From: the human T2T-CHM13v2.0 reference genome, Homo sapiens
Length of the DNA stretch: 64,000 bases
Reading direction: 5' to 3' (one strand)
NCBI RefSeq assembly: GCF_009914755.1
Contig: NC_060931.1
Both the position numbers and the translations under genes were made by a program. Below the pieces are notes generated by a model. It saw only the letters and a program-made list of their open reading frames with translations. It did not search any database and was not told the origin of the DNA. How positions within the stretch are numbered: the first letter of the stretch is position 1; every line of letters starts with the position of its first letter. Below, piece by piece: positions 27,175-42,784 of this stretch.

Positions 27175-29720
27175 ATTTATTGAGATAAAATTTACGTAGT
27201 GTAGAGTGCACACGTTAACGTCTATAAGTCAGTGGCTTTTAGTATATGCACAGATAAGTGGAGCCATCATCACAATGAATTTTAGAGCATTTTCATCACT
27301 TCGAAAAGAAACCCCACCTTCTCTAGCTGTTAATCTCCTATTCACCCATCCCCTACTCAATCCTAAGCAACCACAAATCTGTTTTCTGTCTCTATAGATT
27401 TTCCTATTCTGTTTTCATCTAAATAGAATCATACAATAGGTGGCCTTTTCTGCCTGGCTTCTTTCAGCGGCATAATGCTATCAAGGTTCATGTACGTATT
27501 GGTACTTTATTTCTTTTTATAACTGTATAACATTCAATTTCATGGATATAACATTTTGTTTATCCAATAATATTTTTATTGACATTTGAGTTGTGTTCAG
27601 CCTTTGGCTATTTTAAATACTGCTGCTAAAAATACTTGTGTACAATTTGTGTTTGAACACCTCTTTCCAATAATCTGGGTGTATACCTAGGAATAAATTT
27701 CTGGGTCATATGACAATTCTATGTTTCACATATTTAGAAGCCATCAAATTATTTTCCAAAGTGGCCAGTTCTAGCCATAGAGTATCTAACTGTGGTTTTG
27801 ATTTGTAGTTTCCTGATGAGTGATGCTATTGGGTATGTTTTTATGGGATTATTGACCGTTCGTGTGTCTTCTTGGGAAACACATCTATTCCTATCATTTA
27901 TCAGTTTTGAGTTGGGATATTTGTTACTGAGTTAAAACAATTTTTCTATATTCAAGATATATATACAGACATATAGATACGTGTTTTTCAATTATCTTCT
28001 CACAATTTTTGAGCTGCCTCTTGACTTGCTTGGTTGTCCTTTGAAACACCAATGTCTTTAATTTTTAAGAAATTTTAAATATCTAATTTTTATTTTGTTG
28101 CTCATGTTTTTGGTGTTACAGCTATTTCTTTGCTAGATCCAAAATCCTGAAGATTTTCGCATATGCTTTATTCTAGCTCTTGCATGTGTGTCTTTAATTC
28201 TTTTGAATTAATATTATTGTATGCTTTGGGGTAAGGATTCGAATTTATTATTTTGCAAGTGGTGACCCACGTGTACGTTGTTGACCTAGTTTGTCCAAAA
28301 ACTGTCTATTCCGCATTGAATTGCACATGGAACCACTGTAAGAATCCATTGACTATGGACACATAGATTTATATATGGACTCTCGATTCTCTTCCATCAA
28401 TCTCTATATTTTTCCTTCATCAGTATTGTGTTGTCTTGATTACTGATACTTTGCTGTAAGGTTTGGAGAATGGGGGTGTGAATTATCCTAATATGTTTTC
28501 TTTTTTCAAGATTATTTTGGCTATTTTGAGTCCCTTACATTTCCATGTGTATTTTAGAATCAGCTTGTCAGTTTCTAGACAGAAGTCTGTTGGGATACCT
28601 GCAGGGATTTCATCAAAACTGTAGTTCAAATTGTAAAGTACTACAATATTAAATCTTCCAATTCATGGGTGGAAGATGTTTGCTAATTATTTAGATATTC
28701 TTTAAACAATAATTTTTAATTTTCAGAGTAAAATCTTGTATCACATTTTCCAAATTAATTATTATTTCTTTTTTTGATGCTATTTTAAATTGAAGTGTTT
28801 TCTTAATTTCGTTTAGGGGTTTTCATTGTAGATGTGTGCAATTGATTTTTGTACATTTATCTTGTATGCTGTAATATTGCTGAAATAATTTACTAGTTCT
28901 ATCGTTCAGTGGATTCCTTAAAATTTTCTATATACAAGAATGTTATTTTCAAATCAAGTTTTATTTCTTCCTGTTCAATATGGGTGACTCTTATTTTTTT
29001 AGTTGCCGATTTGCCCTGCATAAAATCTTTAGTACAGTGTTGACTAGAAGAGGTCAAATTATATATCCTATTCTTATCTCTGACCATAGCGGGAAAGCAT
29101 CCTTTACCATTAAGTTGCATGCTTGCTGTTGGCTTTTCACAGGTGCCATATATCTGGTGTAGAAAGTTCTCTATTCCTGGTTCATTGAGTTTTTATTTTT
29201 AATCATTAAAGCATTTGGATTTTGTTAAATGTCTTTTCCGAATCTATCGAGATGATCATGCAATTCTCGTTTCTTATTCTATGGATAAGATGTATTATCT
29301 TAATGGATTTTGGGCTGTTAAACCAACCTGGGATTACTTGTATAAAGTTGCCTTTGTCATAGTGTGTAATTCTTTTATATGTTGCTAGATCTGATTTGTT
29401 AGTATTTTTTAAGGAATTTTGCATTTATAATTAGAGTAGTTTTTTTTCTATACTATTTGGACTAATTTAAGTATCAAGGTAACACTGGCCCCACAGAATA
29501 AATTAGGAAGTGAATATTTCTCTTTTTTAAAAAAGCTAGTCAAGAATTAATATCAATTATTCAACACTAACAAATATTATTATTATAAATTATTAATTTC
29601 TCTAATTTTTATTTTCTTCCTTCTGCTTGCTTTAGGTTTAGTTTGCTAAACTTTCCAGTGCCTTAATGTGGAAGGTCATCTTACCTCATCCTATCATTTG
29701 TCTTTTCATTTTCTAAATAG
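27175..29720 (-). mobile_element. L1MB element: 3' UTR plus decayed ORF2
   Basis: L1MB-type 3' end TTTATTGAGATAAAATTTAC. ORF 29206..29424 reads IHRIRNENCMIISIDSEKTFNKIQ, matching the L1 RT motif [24 protein letters not shown]. Confidence 0.88.
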
Positions 29721-29734
29721 TGTCTTTTTAGCAT

Positions 29735-30130
29735 CAGGTGAGCTCCCCAGGTTGGTAGTACTCCATATTTATTGCTGTACAAAAATGACAGGTAATATGT
29801 CCTGAAGACAACGGAAACTTAACATTCTAAATCTCCTAGATTCCACCTTTTTTGATATGTCTCTTCAGTTGGTCCTAATTTCTACCCTTTCTCTATTATA
29901 AACCATGAGTACAATGGCATTCAATGAGTTCTGTGAGTCTTTCTAGTAAATTCTAGAATCTGAGGGTGTTCAGGGGAAACCCCTGAACTGGCATTTGTTG
30001 TCAGAAGTGAGAATCTTCTTACATGGTCTCTTCCTTTGAACTGTGCAGCTGGACGCAAACTCTGCACAATTTGGCCCAGAAGTCTCTTGTTGACTTTGCA
30101 GCCTAAAGTATCTTGTAGTTTGTCTAACCC
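29735..30130 (+). mobile_element. MER21-group LTR fragment
   Basis: TGAGTTCTGTGAGTCTTTCTAGTAAATT..GGAAACCCCTGAACT..GTCAGAAGTGAG motif. Confidence 0.55.
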
Positions 30131-30641
30131 TTAATAAATTTGCTTTCATCAAATATTGTATTTGTTACCCCAAAATTACCATCACGTTTCTTTTTTCTCC
30201 AAATAACTAACATTGGGAGAAATAGCCAGCTGAGTCTGTAACTCAAAAGAAACAAGTGGTCCATATACCATATACCATATAAGTGGCCATTTCATTTTGC
30301 CTTCTTCCACCAAATCTTAGCAACCTCAACCATTGCCATGAGCCACTGTAGGCCTACCAGCTACAAACAAACAAGTATCTTTAAAAACACTTCATACTCC
30401 CATTAGATAAATTTCCCAGCAAAGAGATGCCTACTTTAACTCTATGCAAGTGGCTCATATTCACGAAGTTTGTAGATATTATTCATGTAGTGTGAGAAAA
30501 TCATCCCAGCGATGCCAGCACATTCTCCTTCCCATGATCTGCTTAGTTTGCAAACATATTCAGGCCATGGGTGAGAGATTTGTATTTCACAGTAAAACAA
30601 TTTTATGGAGGGCATTGAAACTTACATTGAGCATTTTTGTA

Positions 30642-30982
30642 CAGTCACACATCACTGAATGATAGGGATACGTTCTAACAGATGTATCCATAGGCAATTT
30701 CATCATTTTGCAAACATCACAGAGAACATTACAAACATCTAGATTGTACAGCCTACCACGTGTAGCTTATATGGTATAGCATCTCTCCCCCAGGCTATAA
30801 ACCTGTGTACTACATTACTGTACTGAATACTGCAGGCAATAAGAACACAGTGGTAAAAGGTTATGTATCTAAACATACTTAAACGTAGAAAGCATGTAAA
30901 AATATCTATTATAAACTCATGGGACCACTTTTGTATATGTAATCCATCTTTGACTAAAATGTTATTATGCATGACATGACTC
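30642..30982 (+). mobile_element. Tigger3a (MER7A)-like non-autonomous DNA transposon
   Basis: Degenerate TIRs CAGTCACACATCAC..GCATGACATGACTC, TA on both flanks, and internal CAGGCTATAAACCTGT..TTACTGTACTGAATACTG. Confidence 0.85.
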
Positions 30983-33551
30983 TATGACAAAAATAAAATA
31001 ACACATTATAAAAAATGTACACAGGTATCAAACATATTAATATTGTAAAAATAAAAATATTTATTCAATGTAAGAATTTGTAATGATCACAAAATATTCA
31101 CAGCTTATATTTTAGTACAGTTTCAAATACCTAGTGCAATTACTATTTATTTCTGTGTGTATTTTAAACATGTATATAATAAATATTTTACAGGTTCAAC
31201 AATATACATCAATCCAACTGGCTCTTATAAATATTAGTTAAAATCAATTAGTAAATTCATATATATATACACACGTGAATCAGTCTGTATGCATGTATGT
31301 GTGTGTAAATGTAACTGTATGTGTGTGTAAATGTAACTGGATGCATCCTAATATTCAACCTTACCTACAAGATTTCCAAGATTCATTTATTATCTTTAAA
31401 CGGTGTGCATTTAAAGATTTACCAAATAAAACCGCAATCGTGGAAAATATCAAGATGTTATTAAATTCATCTTGTGCACATAATTGTTTCTTTAAATTTA
31501 TGTTTCTTACAAAACTTGCGGTAATGCTCATGCACAAAATAATTTTCTAAATAAAAAATGAAAACATTTTCTCAGTCATTAATGCTTAATAATTATTTCT
31601 CCCCAATAATTAATGTGAATTAATTCTTAATTCTTAATTATAGAATAACGTTGCCCTTTAGAGTTCTGAGTCTTTTGCATGTTGTATACATTTCACTAAC
31701 TAGAACAACTTCTGGAATATTGGCATTAATTAATGTCACTCAGCAATTAATGATTTCAAAGAAATTAAATACCATTCATATTCTGAATCACAAGGGTACT
31801 TTGGCATCTAATTTAATCAAGCTCTTTGTATCATCATCTACACTTTAATTACTAAACAAACATTTCTCTGTGTGAGAAAGATTGAGCAGGTTATTGTGCT
31901 TTTTTACGATGCAACTTTTGCTTAATCTAGAGATAGGCAATGCTCCCTATAGGGGACAAAGAGAAAAATGAAAGAGCAATAGAGATGTGACAGGCATGGA
32001 AAAAGACAATACATTTATAATGCAAATAGGGCCACAGATGATGATAATGGGGATCAAATCTTGAGATACTGACTCAGCTTATAACCGCAATGTACAATAG
32101 AGCAAATCATTTGTTAATTATTTTACAAATGGAATCTAATATAATTAAGATGAATACAGTGTTTTAAACAAGGCAGGTCATCTTAAAATAAAATAGTGGA
32201 ATAAAGTGATAAAACCAATGTAAAAATCATAAACATTTTATAAAGAATTTTTGTCATGTAATTTAATATTATTGTTCGTTTAAAATCACCCAAATCAAAA
32301 TAATTTTATCTTAATTAACAAATAATCATCAGAAGTTAACTAATTTTTACTTTATAATACTAGGTTTAAAAATTCTTCTCTATATTTTTAATCATACATG
32401 CTTATACATAAAATAGACATAGGGTATATGTTTACATGTTCACAATATTATATTGTAATTGTTCCTATGGATGTGGTTTTTCAATAGAATTAATAAATAC
32501 TTTTAAAAAGTTTCAATTTCAGTGATATATATGTTTGATTTTTCTTTGACACAGCATACATATATTGACAGGTAATAATAAGAAAATCTTCTAAAGACAT
32601 TACAGGAACATGAATAAGTAATTAAATCCTCAATAATTTGTAATGTTTTATGTAAGCGGAACACATTTAACTGAAAATTGCTTTTATATAATACTCAAAC
32701 GAGACTAAAAACATATTAACTAGCGGAGTAAGTCTTCAAATTGATAATCTGAGCTATATAAGAGGAGAAACTTCAAACACTCAAATATTTGAAATGCTAC
32801 AAAATATTTATATAAACTATTATTTAACAATTTCTGTTTGTAGAATGCTATACAGTAATCAGTATAAATGACATCTCAGTCTTTCTATAGCTTTGACCAC
32901 ATTTACCTCCTAATTTAAATTATTAATATGTTGGAGCAGTGCATACAACTAGATTCCGATCTTTCTTTTTAATGAGTAAAAATATGTCACTTGAGACAGC
33001 ATTAAAGAAAGAGCACCTTGCATAAATTCAATGCCAAGAGACAAGATATTCTTGATTCTGAAGTCTTGTTCTTTTATACAGCAATGTAATTAATAAGAAG
33101 AAAAACAAGAATAGAAGTGGAGCCTATTTTAATAAAAAATTGTCTATAGATTTTGATGATAAAATTTAAAAATCTACTATATTTAGTTACAAAAAATTAG
33201 GTTGTGGGAACATATTTGGTCAATAAAACACCCCTACCAAATGCTGACAAGAAAAAAAGTTAGGTACCACCTTTCTTCTCTGCAGTTGGCCTGAGATGGG
33301 TTAATTTGAAAGAATGCTTCCAAACCTGAGGTGAACCCTGAGAACAGCATAATCCACTGCTCTCTCCCACATTCAGTTTCTCAGTCTGTGCTCTTTTAAT
33401 TTTGGGGGAAGGGAAGCCAGTCCTTTAAAGCGATCTTCAGCATGATGGCAGAGCCAAGGAGTGTGGACAGGTGACACGGTGTCTGACTTTGTTCCAGCAG
33501 CCACTTAGGCTTTCTCTGGGTCGTCTCTGCCCTAGGGATAGCACTACTATT

Positions 33552-34472
33552 GAAAACATGTCTTTTAAAAAAAAGCTGCAAATTAACAAGTTAAGTACAT
33601 ATATATTTAAGTTAAAAAAGAAATGGTTATTAATGTATCAATATTTTGTGAACAAAATTTACAAACTATTTGGGATATAAATATAATAATGTCCTTATTC
33701 TGTGTAGACACCTAGATTTAGCTATGCCTACCATTTGTTTAGTAAGTACTATGTATCAGACTTGGTGCTGAGATAAAACTTCTATAAATATAATCATTTC
33801 AAAGCTATAAATTTCCCTCCAAGTAAGGCTTAAGAGACATCCTATGAGTTTTGCTTAATTATAATTTTCTTCTGATTCCCACTGTGATTTCCCTTGGACC
33901 ATGAGTTAAAGTGTTCCTAAATTCTAAATACACATGATTTATGTAACTTCTTTGTTACTGATTTTTAAATCTAATTGCATTGTAGGTGGAGAATGTGATC
34001 TATAGTAGCCATCTTTTGAACTTTGTTGAGGATTGATTTATGGCCTTTTATGAAGTAAATATTCATAAATTTTTAGTGTGTGCTTGAAAAAATATGAATT
34101 TCTCCATTTGGGGATGTAGTGTTCTAGGTATGTTCATCACATCAGGTATGTTAGTTACGTTGTTTAAACTTCTATATCTTAACTGATTTTTTGCCTGCTT
34201 GATTTAAAAATTATGAAGAAATATGTTTAAGTCTTCTATTCTGATGGTAGATCTCTCTGGTTCTTCTTGTCATTATTTGCATTTTTTGTTTTATGTATTT
34301 TGAGACTATGTGACTGGGTGAATATTGATTAAAAGTTATCTGTTATTGGTGAACAAATTCCTTTTATTATTGTTTAGTGACCTTTTATCTCTTGTACATT
34401 TTTTTGCTCTATTAAAGTTTATTTTACCTAATATTAAAAAAAAAAAAAAAAAAAAAAAGAAAACATGTCTTT
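33552..34472 (+). mobile_element. L1-mediated retro-insertion of genomic sequence (orphan transduction or retrocopy), probably 5'-inverted
   Basis: Perfect 14-bp TSD GAAAACATGTCTTT at 33552-33565 and 34459-34472; A23 at 34436-34458; ATTAAA at 34411-34416; body is mostly ancient antisense L1M. Confidence 0.85.
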
Positions 34473-34649
34473 GTGACATTCTCTATGCCAGGAACTCCCA
34501 ACATATTTTCCTTGAAACTGATGAAATGAATAAAAATAAACCAAGAGGTGTGCTGTTTGTTTCTGTTTCCTCCTTTCTGCAGCCCTTCTTGATCATCTAA
34601 TATTTTTAAATACATTGTTGATCAACAAAAGGAGCATAAGGGCTTTATT

Positions 34650-35050
34650 GGTTTGTAGTAGATGTATTAATAGCCCAGCCCCTATTCCTTACCTGTAGCT
34701 GCTGGGTGGAAAACCATTCTTAACACTCTACAAGGTCTCATCTCCAGAATTTGCACCAGTTTCTAGCTGAGGACTTTCTCTAACAGCACGGGACCTTGTT
34801 ACTGGGCATGAAGTGGGAAGAAAAGGTGAGGGTAACTAAGAAGAATCTCCCTGGATTCAGTGATGTAATTCTGAGGCATGCTCCACATAGCTTCCCATAA
34901 AATTAAGCCCAGATATCTAACACAGGAACTTACCTCTTAACACGTGTGGTATTGGCTTTTCTATCTTTCCTGTTTTATTTTGTCCTCTTTTCTTTGTCTC
35001 ACTTTCGCTGTGTCCTCACTCCTGCTTTAAGAATACCCAAACAAATACGT
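34650..35050 (+). mobile_element. LTR16-like ERVL LTR
   Basis: GCTGAGGACTTTCTCT, AATTCTGAGGCATGCTCCACA and TATTGGCTTTTCT motifs. Confidence 0.55.
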
Positions 35051-38000
35051 TCATTTATTTTTTTACACTCTCAGAACTCAGTTGATAGTTGAACTTCTAA
35101 TCTATGATAATCAGCTTGGATGCTATACTGACAGGAAGATGGTGAACTCATAATGTCTAATTAAGATACAATTTAAAAAATATATTGAATCATGTCCAAA
35201 TATTTAAAAATCCTTAGCGGCAGTGTCACAATTTCTTCTTTTTAGTTTACATGGTTTCTTAAATGCCTACAATTATTTTAAAGGAAGCCTTGAGTCTAGG
35301 AAAAATTGAGACATATGGAATAAATTACTAACCCATTTCTCCTTGAAATCAACTAGATGTTTGATGATTTTTCACATGTAATTCTGAATTGAAAAGCTAG
35401 TTGGGAATTATTTTTATAAGCATATCCTTATGTAATATTTTGTTTCTAACAGTGAATTGAAAGTTTAAAGATTAAATTATTCTATCCAGAGAATAAAAAG
35501 CAATTATTTCCCAAGGAGAACATGTGTATGTTGAAACGACATTTTAAAATCTAGATTTTAAAATAGGTCCCATATAATTTTGAGTCAATTAGAATATGTT
35601 TGCATTAGTCTGTCTACAGTTCTACACCTGTCAAAAAGTACTTGAACTAAAAGAAGTACCTTGAACAATTTTGAAATTTATTGTTCCTCTGAAACTGATT
35701 AAAAGAATTATGGTAGTGTGAAATTCTGATTGGCATAATTTGGGAGAGAAATTAGTCCTTGGAGATCAACCTCTGCCAAGATAGTATATAATGACATTGA
35801 AACTTTTTGATTTACAAAATTTGTTATATAAAAAATACTAAGACGATGACAGATAATACACAGATTTTAATTAAAATTGTACTAAAATTAAAGGTCTAAA
35901 TAAATTACAAGGGTAAGTGGTATATCTAAACGTATGTTTATATATTTTATTTGTGCATTTTATTCCTAGGGTTGCTTTTGCTTTAGTTTGTAAAACCTTC
36001 TCATTTTTATGACAATGTAGTCTATACTAAATAAAGAAAAATCAGGAAATAGAAAATGAAGAAGAAAACATTAGCCATTGTCAACCAAATAAAAATTGTG
36101 CAATCTCTAAGTACATGAACGATGTGTTATTTGTACAGCATGTACAATGTTTATGCTTCACAGGGTGAGGTAGAGTCTGCAAAACATTGAACCTGAGACA
36201 AATAAGAAAGTAAGGAAATTTTCACAATATATTAATATTACAGAAAATGTTGAACTTAACAGTTAAGATACAAGTAGTGAAAAATGATAGTATTTAAGGA
36301 GATCTAGAAAATTTAATCTATATCAGTAATGTGTGAGAAGTATTAGAATAATGCTTGTATTTCTGGATTGATATCGATTTCTATTGAGACTGGAAACATA
36401 ATAGAAGTGAGCAAAAAAGAAGTTAAATTGTGGATACTTGAGTTTTATACCTAGGAGTTCGAGAAATACATTTTGTTACTATCAAAGCAGTTGGCACAAG
36501 AGTGTACAAAATTCCCTAATTGTGTCTATGTGGAGAAGACATAGACAAACAGAGAATAGCAAAACAGAAATAGCAAAAAAGCACAAATAAATTTTACGTA
36601 AAAGCCAATTAGAGTAGGAAAACATGAAATTTGTGTTTTATCAAAATTTTTCTCTTTCTTATAGTATAGTTGATTATATTACTGGAAAAAAATTGAAGCA
36701 TTGGTATGTTCACAAAAAAAAGTAAAATATAAGGTCAAAACCATGGGAATGCAGGGAGCAGACAAAATACACCTAAACACTGAAACTGATTTTGCCCTAC
36801 GGACATGTATCAAAATGAATGAGTGCAGATTCCTACTGTCATACATCACATAGGACAGTGAAGAAATACATAGTGTTTCCCAAGATAGGGCATCACAAAG
36901 GAGCTCTTCCCTAAAGCTAGCACCAAATTTTATATGCTCAGTATAAAGAAGAATCAGAGGTAAATTAGTCCCATTTCACATTCCCTGGAAATGGCAAATA
37001 AAAATGACTTGAGATTGCACAGATTTAAAGAAAATCAATCATTAATGATTTACAGCAATTAATTTAAAAATTGTTTAAATGTGCTGTCCAAATATAAGTC
37101 CAAACACCTTTAGGCCAAGAATTAATATAATGTGATCCCAGAACGGTGGTGCCTTTAGTAGACTCACAAAAACTTCAAATTCTCTTTGGCAAATTTTCTT
37201 CTTACTAACATGCAAAAGTGCACAATAAAAATTTTCAGAGAAAAATAAATCTTTGTCATTCAAAGGCATCTAAGTACGCAAGGAAATGATATTCCACCAT
37301 TTGAAAGGAAAGCAGAAAAAGAGTACAAACAGATCCACAAAGGTTCATTAGTAGAAATATCACTGTTAGATTATAAAGCACATTTGCTTTCAAAAAATTT
37401 AAAAAAAAAAAGAATATATTGTTAGGAGACTAAAAAATTGATGTAGCAAATTTGAAAAGTAGTTTGTATATAGTATTTTAAATTAAAAACTCAAAAATGA
37501 ACTCATCAGATTAGACATGGCCATGGTGAGAGTTCATAAATATTTCAGAATGCATTACAGAAAATTTAAAAAAAGGCATAATGTGGAGAGAATCATGAAG
37601 AGACATGGAAGATACAGTGAGAAAGTGTAGCATGTGTTTAGTGAGTGTTCTCATAGAAGAAGGGAACTGGGAAGGGACAATATGTGATGGTATTTTGGCT
37701 GAAAGTTCTCTAGACTTTTGTAAGACATTAATCCGCATATTCAAAACTTCTATGCATGCTAAGCAAGCTACAATGGAGATAAACCTACATCTACATATCT
37801 CCTAGAGAAATAGTAAAGAATTAGGAAGGGAAAAATATTTCAATTAGCACTAGAAAAATCAAATTACCTATAATCATACAGAAATCTGAAAGCATGAAAG
37901 GTAAAATAAACAATATTATTTGTTAAGAATAATAATGCCATTCTGAAATTCTCAACCAAGAAAAATATTCATCAACCTATGGCTAAATAACATATTTAGA

Positions 38001-38289
38001 GACAAAAAACAAAACGCCACCAGCAGAATTCCACTAAAGAAACTAAAAAGAAACTCTGAAAACATGCTTCAGAAAGATTGAAGTTCTGAAGTCAAAGAAT
38101 GAACACAGAGCAAAATACATTGTAAACATACAGATAGATCTAAATAAAAAATTAGGTGTTGAAACAAAAGGATATTTAAAATTGGATAAGCACTGCAATA
38201 TGTATGTTAGGAAGCAAACTATTAGGACTGAAGTATTCAAAGACCCCTTAATTGTCTGACAAGAGCAGAAAGGTATGACTTTGCATCTC

Positions 38290-38606
<317 letters not shown>

Positions 38607-39796
38607 GACTTTCGAACTTTAATAAATTGACTGGACATTATGCATTTCTCTGTTGTATCTATGAAAACAATAAAAATAAAAGTCATAATTTTTAAACAAG
38701 AAGACAGAAAGTGATAGGAGAAGATGAGACATTATATATATACACACAACAAATTAATAATACAAAATTAAGTATAAATGATCAAAGATTAACTTAAACC
38801 TAAGTAGACAATGTTTTTGTTAAAATACAAAGATTGGCAAAATTTAAAACATCCGTCTCTATCATAGTTACAAGAGAGGCAACTAATATATAAATTTACA
38901 GGAACTTTGAAGTTCAAACAATACAGATACTGTGTATATATGATATACATACAAACATACTACATGAATATAATTTTTTAAAAAGTTGCTATGTAGACAA
39001 AATAGAATGTAAGTTAGAAACATTTATTAAAATATGTTAGTCTAACCAGGGTGATAAAAGTTTTAAGTTATTAAGAATATGTGATGACTTAAATGTGCAT
39101 TAGCCTGATACATACGTATGTATATACACACAAACAACACACCCTCTCTCACACACACAGACACACACCTATTTAGAGAGAGAGTCAAATTATATAAAGC
39201 AAAAATATCAGAAAGTAATTAGAAATGGATCAGCCCCCAAATATTATAGACATTTCAAACACACGTCTTTCAGTAATAGATAAAAGAAAAAAATAAAAGA
39301 GTAAGTTTTAAAAGAAGCTAGTGGATTTTAAAAAGGGCAAATATTATATAAGGAACATGAATATTATAATTCATGTTATTTTCATGTTCATACAGAATAC
39401 TTACAAAAATTAACATTTTCTAGGCCATACTACAAATTCAAACAATTTTCACGGAAATAACGTGACACACAATATATTTCCTAAACAAACAGCAATGAAG
39501 ACAGATATCAATACAAAAACGAAAGCTAGACACATAAGTGTAATAATATTGGTTGGAAGCTATTTTAATGAATATTGAAATATTTTAAAGGTGAATACTC
39601 AATACAAATAAACCCAACACTTTTGTAAGGCCACTAAGATGCATGTGTAATGTGTAATGCCTCCTTTTATAAGGAGTAAATCTGTAACATCACCTGGGCT
39701 ATTTGGCAACTGCAAAGTGAATGTGAGAAGGAGAGAAACAGTGAGAGAGAGAGAGAGATAAAACCAGTAAAATAAACATAAAGAATGAAGGAGATA

Positions 39797-40165
<369 letters not shown>

Positions 40166-42320
40166 TCACTTTTTCAGAAAAATATTAAAATATTAAATCT
40201 AACAAATATCTAGGTAGACTGATGGAGAAAAATACGGAAAATGCACAAAAAAACAGTTACCTGGAATGCGAACGTTACAAAACGTCAGCAGTTGTAGATT
40301 TTAAATAAGCAATGATTTTTGAGTTCAACCATGATGGGGTATATTGAAAAGAATCTCTCAGAAAAAAAGAAAAAGAAAACTGTTATAAGGCTAAGTACAA
40401 AATGTTAAGCACTATTAAAGTCTTCCAAATCTACCAGTTATGGAGTTATTGGTCTTGGACTAACTCTCCTGAAAAGAAAAAACAAAACAAAACCTAAAAA
40501 CCTGGATAAAATGGCCTACCTTGGGCACTGGCAATGCATCCAAGCAGGTAGGACCTGGGTGCTACATTCTCTTTGTCAGAACACAAAGCATTCATACACT
40601 CTTCTCACCCTCACTTTCACCTTTTAATCTTAGATCTACTATTAAATGTATTCAACATTACTATCAATCCTTTGGTCAAAATTTCTTTACTCACATTTTG
40701 CTTGATGCACTTGGATAGACTGTTCAAGAAAGTGTGAGTAGTGAATTCCTCAAACTCTTGCATATTCAAAATCACATTTTTGAACCTTGATGTTTGAAGT
40801 GTAGCTTGGGTAACAGATGGGCTTTAAGACAATTTTGGCATGCAAGGGGTTGAGTTTATTAGGCATCAGCACCGCTGAAAATCGTGGGGATGCAGGCTTA
40901 ATTTCAACACTATTCTAAATACTTGAAAGATATTATATAATTCTTTAATAAACTCCTGTGTCTACAAATGGTTCACATTAACTCGATATCCATGATTAAA
41001 CATCTATAAAATCAAGGCACTGTTATTTAGTGGAGACTTGCTGGCTATTCTATGAGAGGAGGTATTGTTATTGTAATCTCATCCTCTCATAAAAGTGTAT
41101 CATATTACTCATAACCAGCCCTTCATATTCTATTCCTATTTTGGTATTTTAAAATAAGATATCTTTGAAACACTTGAATTCAAAGAGGGAATCTGAATAA
41201 TTTTTAAAATGTCAATGAAATGCCATTTCCTCATGCTTCAACAACTAAAAATTGACTAAAGTGCTTCTCTTCAAACTTTCTGGAACATTTTTTATCTAAA
41301 TTCTAAGAACAATCACAATAGGTTTTAACCACAAATGTGAGAATATTCTAAATGTTAGGGTGGAAAAATTTTTAAAATAATTTTATAGTAATTTTTTTCA
41401 TCATAGTGACAGTTTGCTAAATTTTTTTAAGCCAACTATTACTGTAGACATTTAAGTCAGGATTCTAAGAAGCTGTTGTAAAGTCCAAAATTTAGTTTCG
41501 TATACACTGATAGTATATATATATATTTGCATAGAAAATTAATACATGTGAGCCATGTTTCAAATAGTAGAGATTATTATATCAAAGATACTTGATTATA
41601 TAAAATGCCAATTACTTATAGGCAGACATGCTTTAAATAATTACATAGGCAGTTGTGGTTGATTCTACTCTTGCTACTGGCATTTATATGGACATACTAT
41701 TATGGTCTGAAGAATATTTAGGCAAATTTATCCCTCATATGATCAGAAGAACAATGCAAGATAGTTTATATCTGAAAGGAAAAAATCTTTATATGGTTCT
41801 GAAAGCGTAAATCATTAACAACTTGGATAATAATTAGCATAAAAATACACAAACATGCCCTCTTCCTAGCAGTAAGTATACAGTGACAACAGAATCAAAG
41901 CATGTGGCTATGTGCATGTTTATATTTCAAGATGCAGAGCACTCTATTCCTCCTCTCCGCCCCTTCTAGATGGCACAATTCCTCATGAATCTAAGTGCAG
42001 TCATAGGGTGGATTAGGGTGACCTGCCATTTGTATGCAACTGATCTCTATTTTGGAAGTAATTAATGTCAAAATATATTTTTAAAAGATAATTTCAAATT
42101 TCAGGGCAAACTAGCATGGTTTCACCCCTTTTCTTTGGAACATTTTTTCTAAGGTTGGAAAAGTAAGGTAGGCTTTAGTACGATTTTAAATAATAAGTTT
42201 TCAAAGTGAGACGCAAAATGGTGGCGCCAACACATTTCACATCTGCTACATTTTGAAGACACTTATTGGAGAAAAGACCTTCTCATCATTTTTCTCTTAC
42301 AGGAAAGGAAATAACATGTA

Positions 42321-42690
42321 CAGTTGACCCTTAAGCAACACGGAGGTTGGGGTGCTGGCCCCCCTGCACAGTAGAAAATCCACTATAACTTTGACTCCCC
42401 CAAAACTTAACTACTAATAGCCTACTGTAAGCCTTACAAATAACACAGTCAACTAACACATATTTAATGTTATATGTCTTATATACTGTATTCTTAACAA
42501 ACAAGCCAGAGAAAAGAAAAAAGAAAATCATAAGGAAAATATATTTACTAGTTATTAAATGGAAGTAGATGATCAAACAGGTCTTCATCCTCATCCTTTT
42601 CATGGGCAGGGTGTGGATAAGGATGTAGAATTCTTGGTTTTGCTAAGTGGACGTGCACAGTTCAAACCCCTGTGGTGCAAAGGTCAACTG
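42321..42690 (+). mobile_element. Tigger2a (MER28)-like DNA transposon
   Basis: TIRs CAGTTGACCCTT..AAAGGTCAACTG with TA on both sides. Confidence 0.88.
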
Positions 42691-42784
42691 TATAACCATT
42701 GAATCGCAGTTTATTTTTAGAAATTAACCTCACTAAAATGCTCTTAGAAGGATGCCAAAAAAAAAAATGAATAAGTATTTTTGG

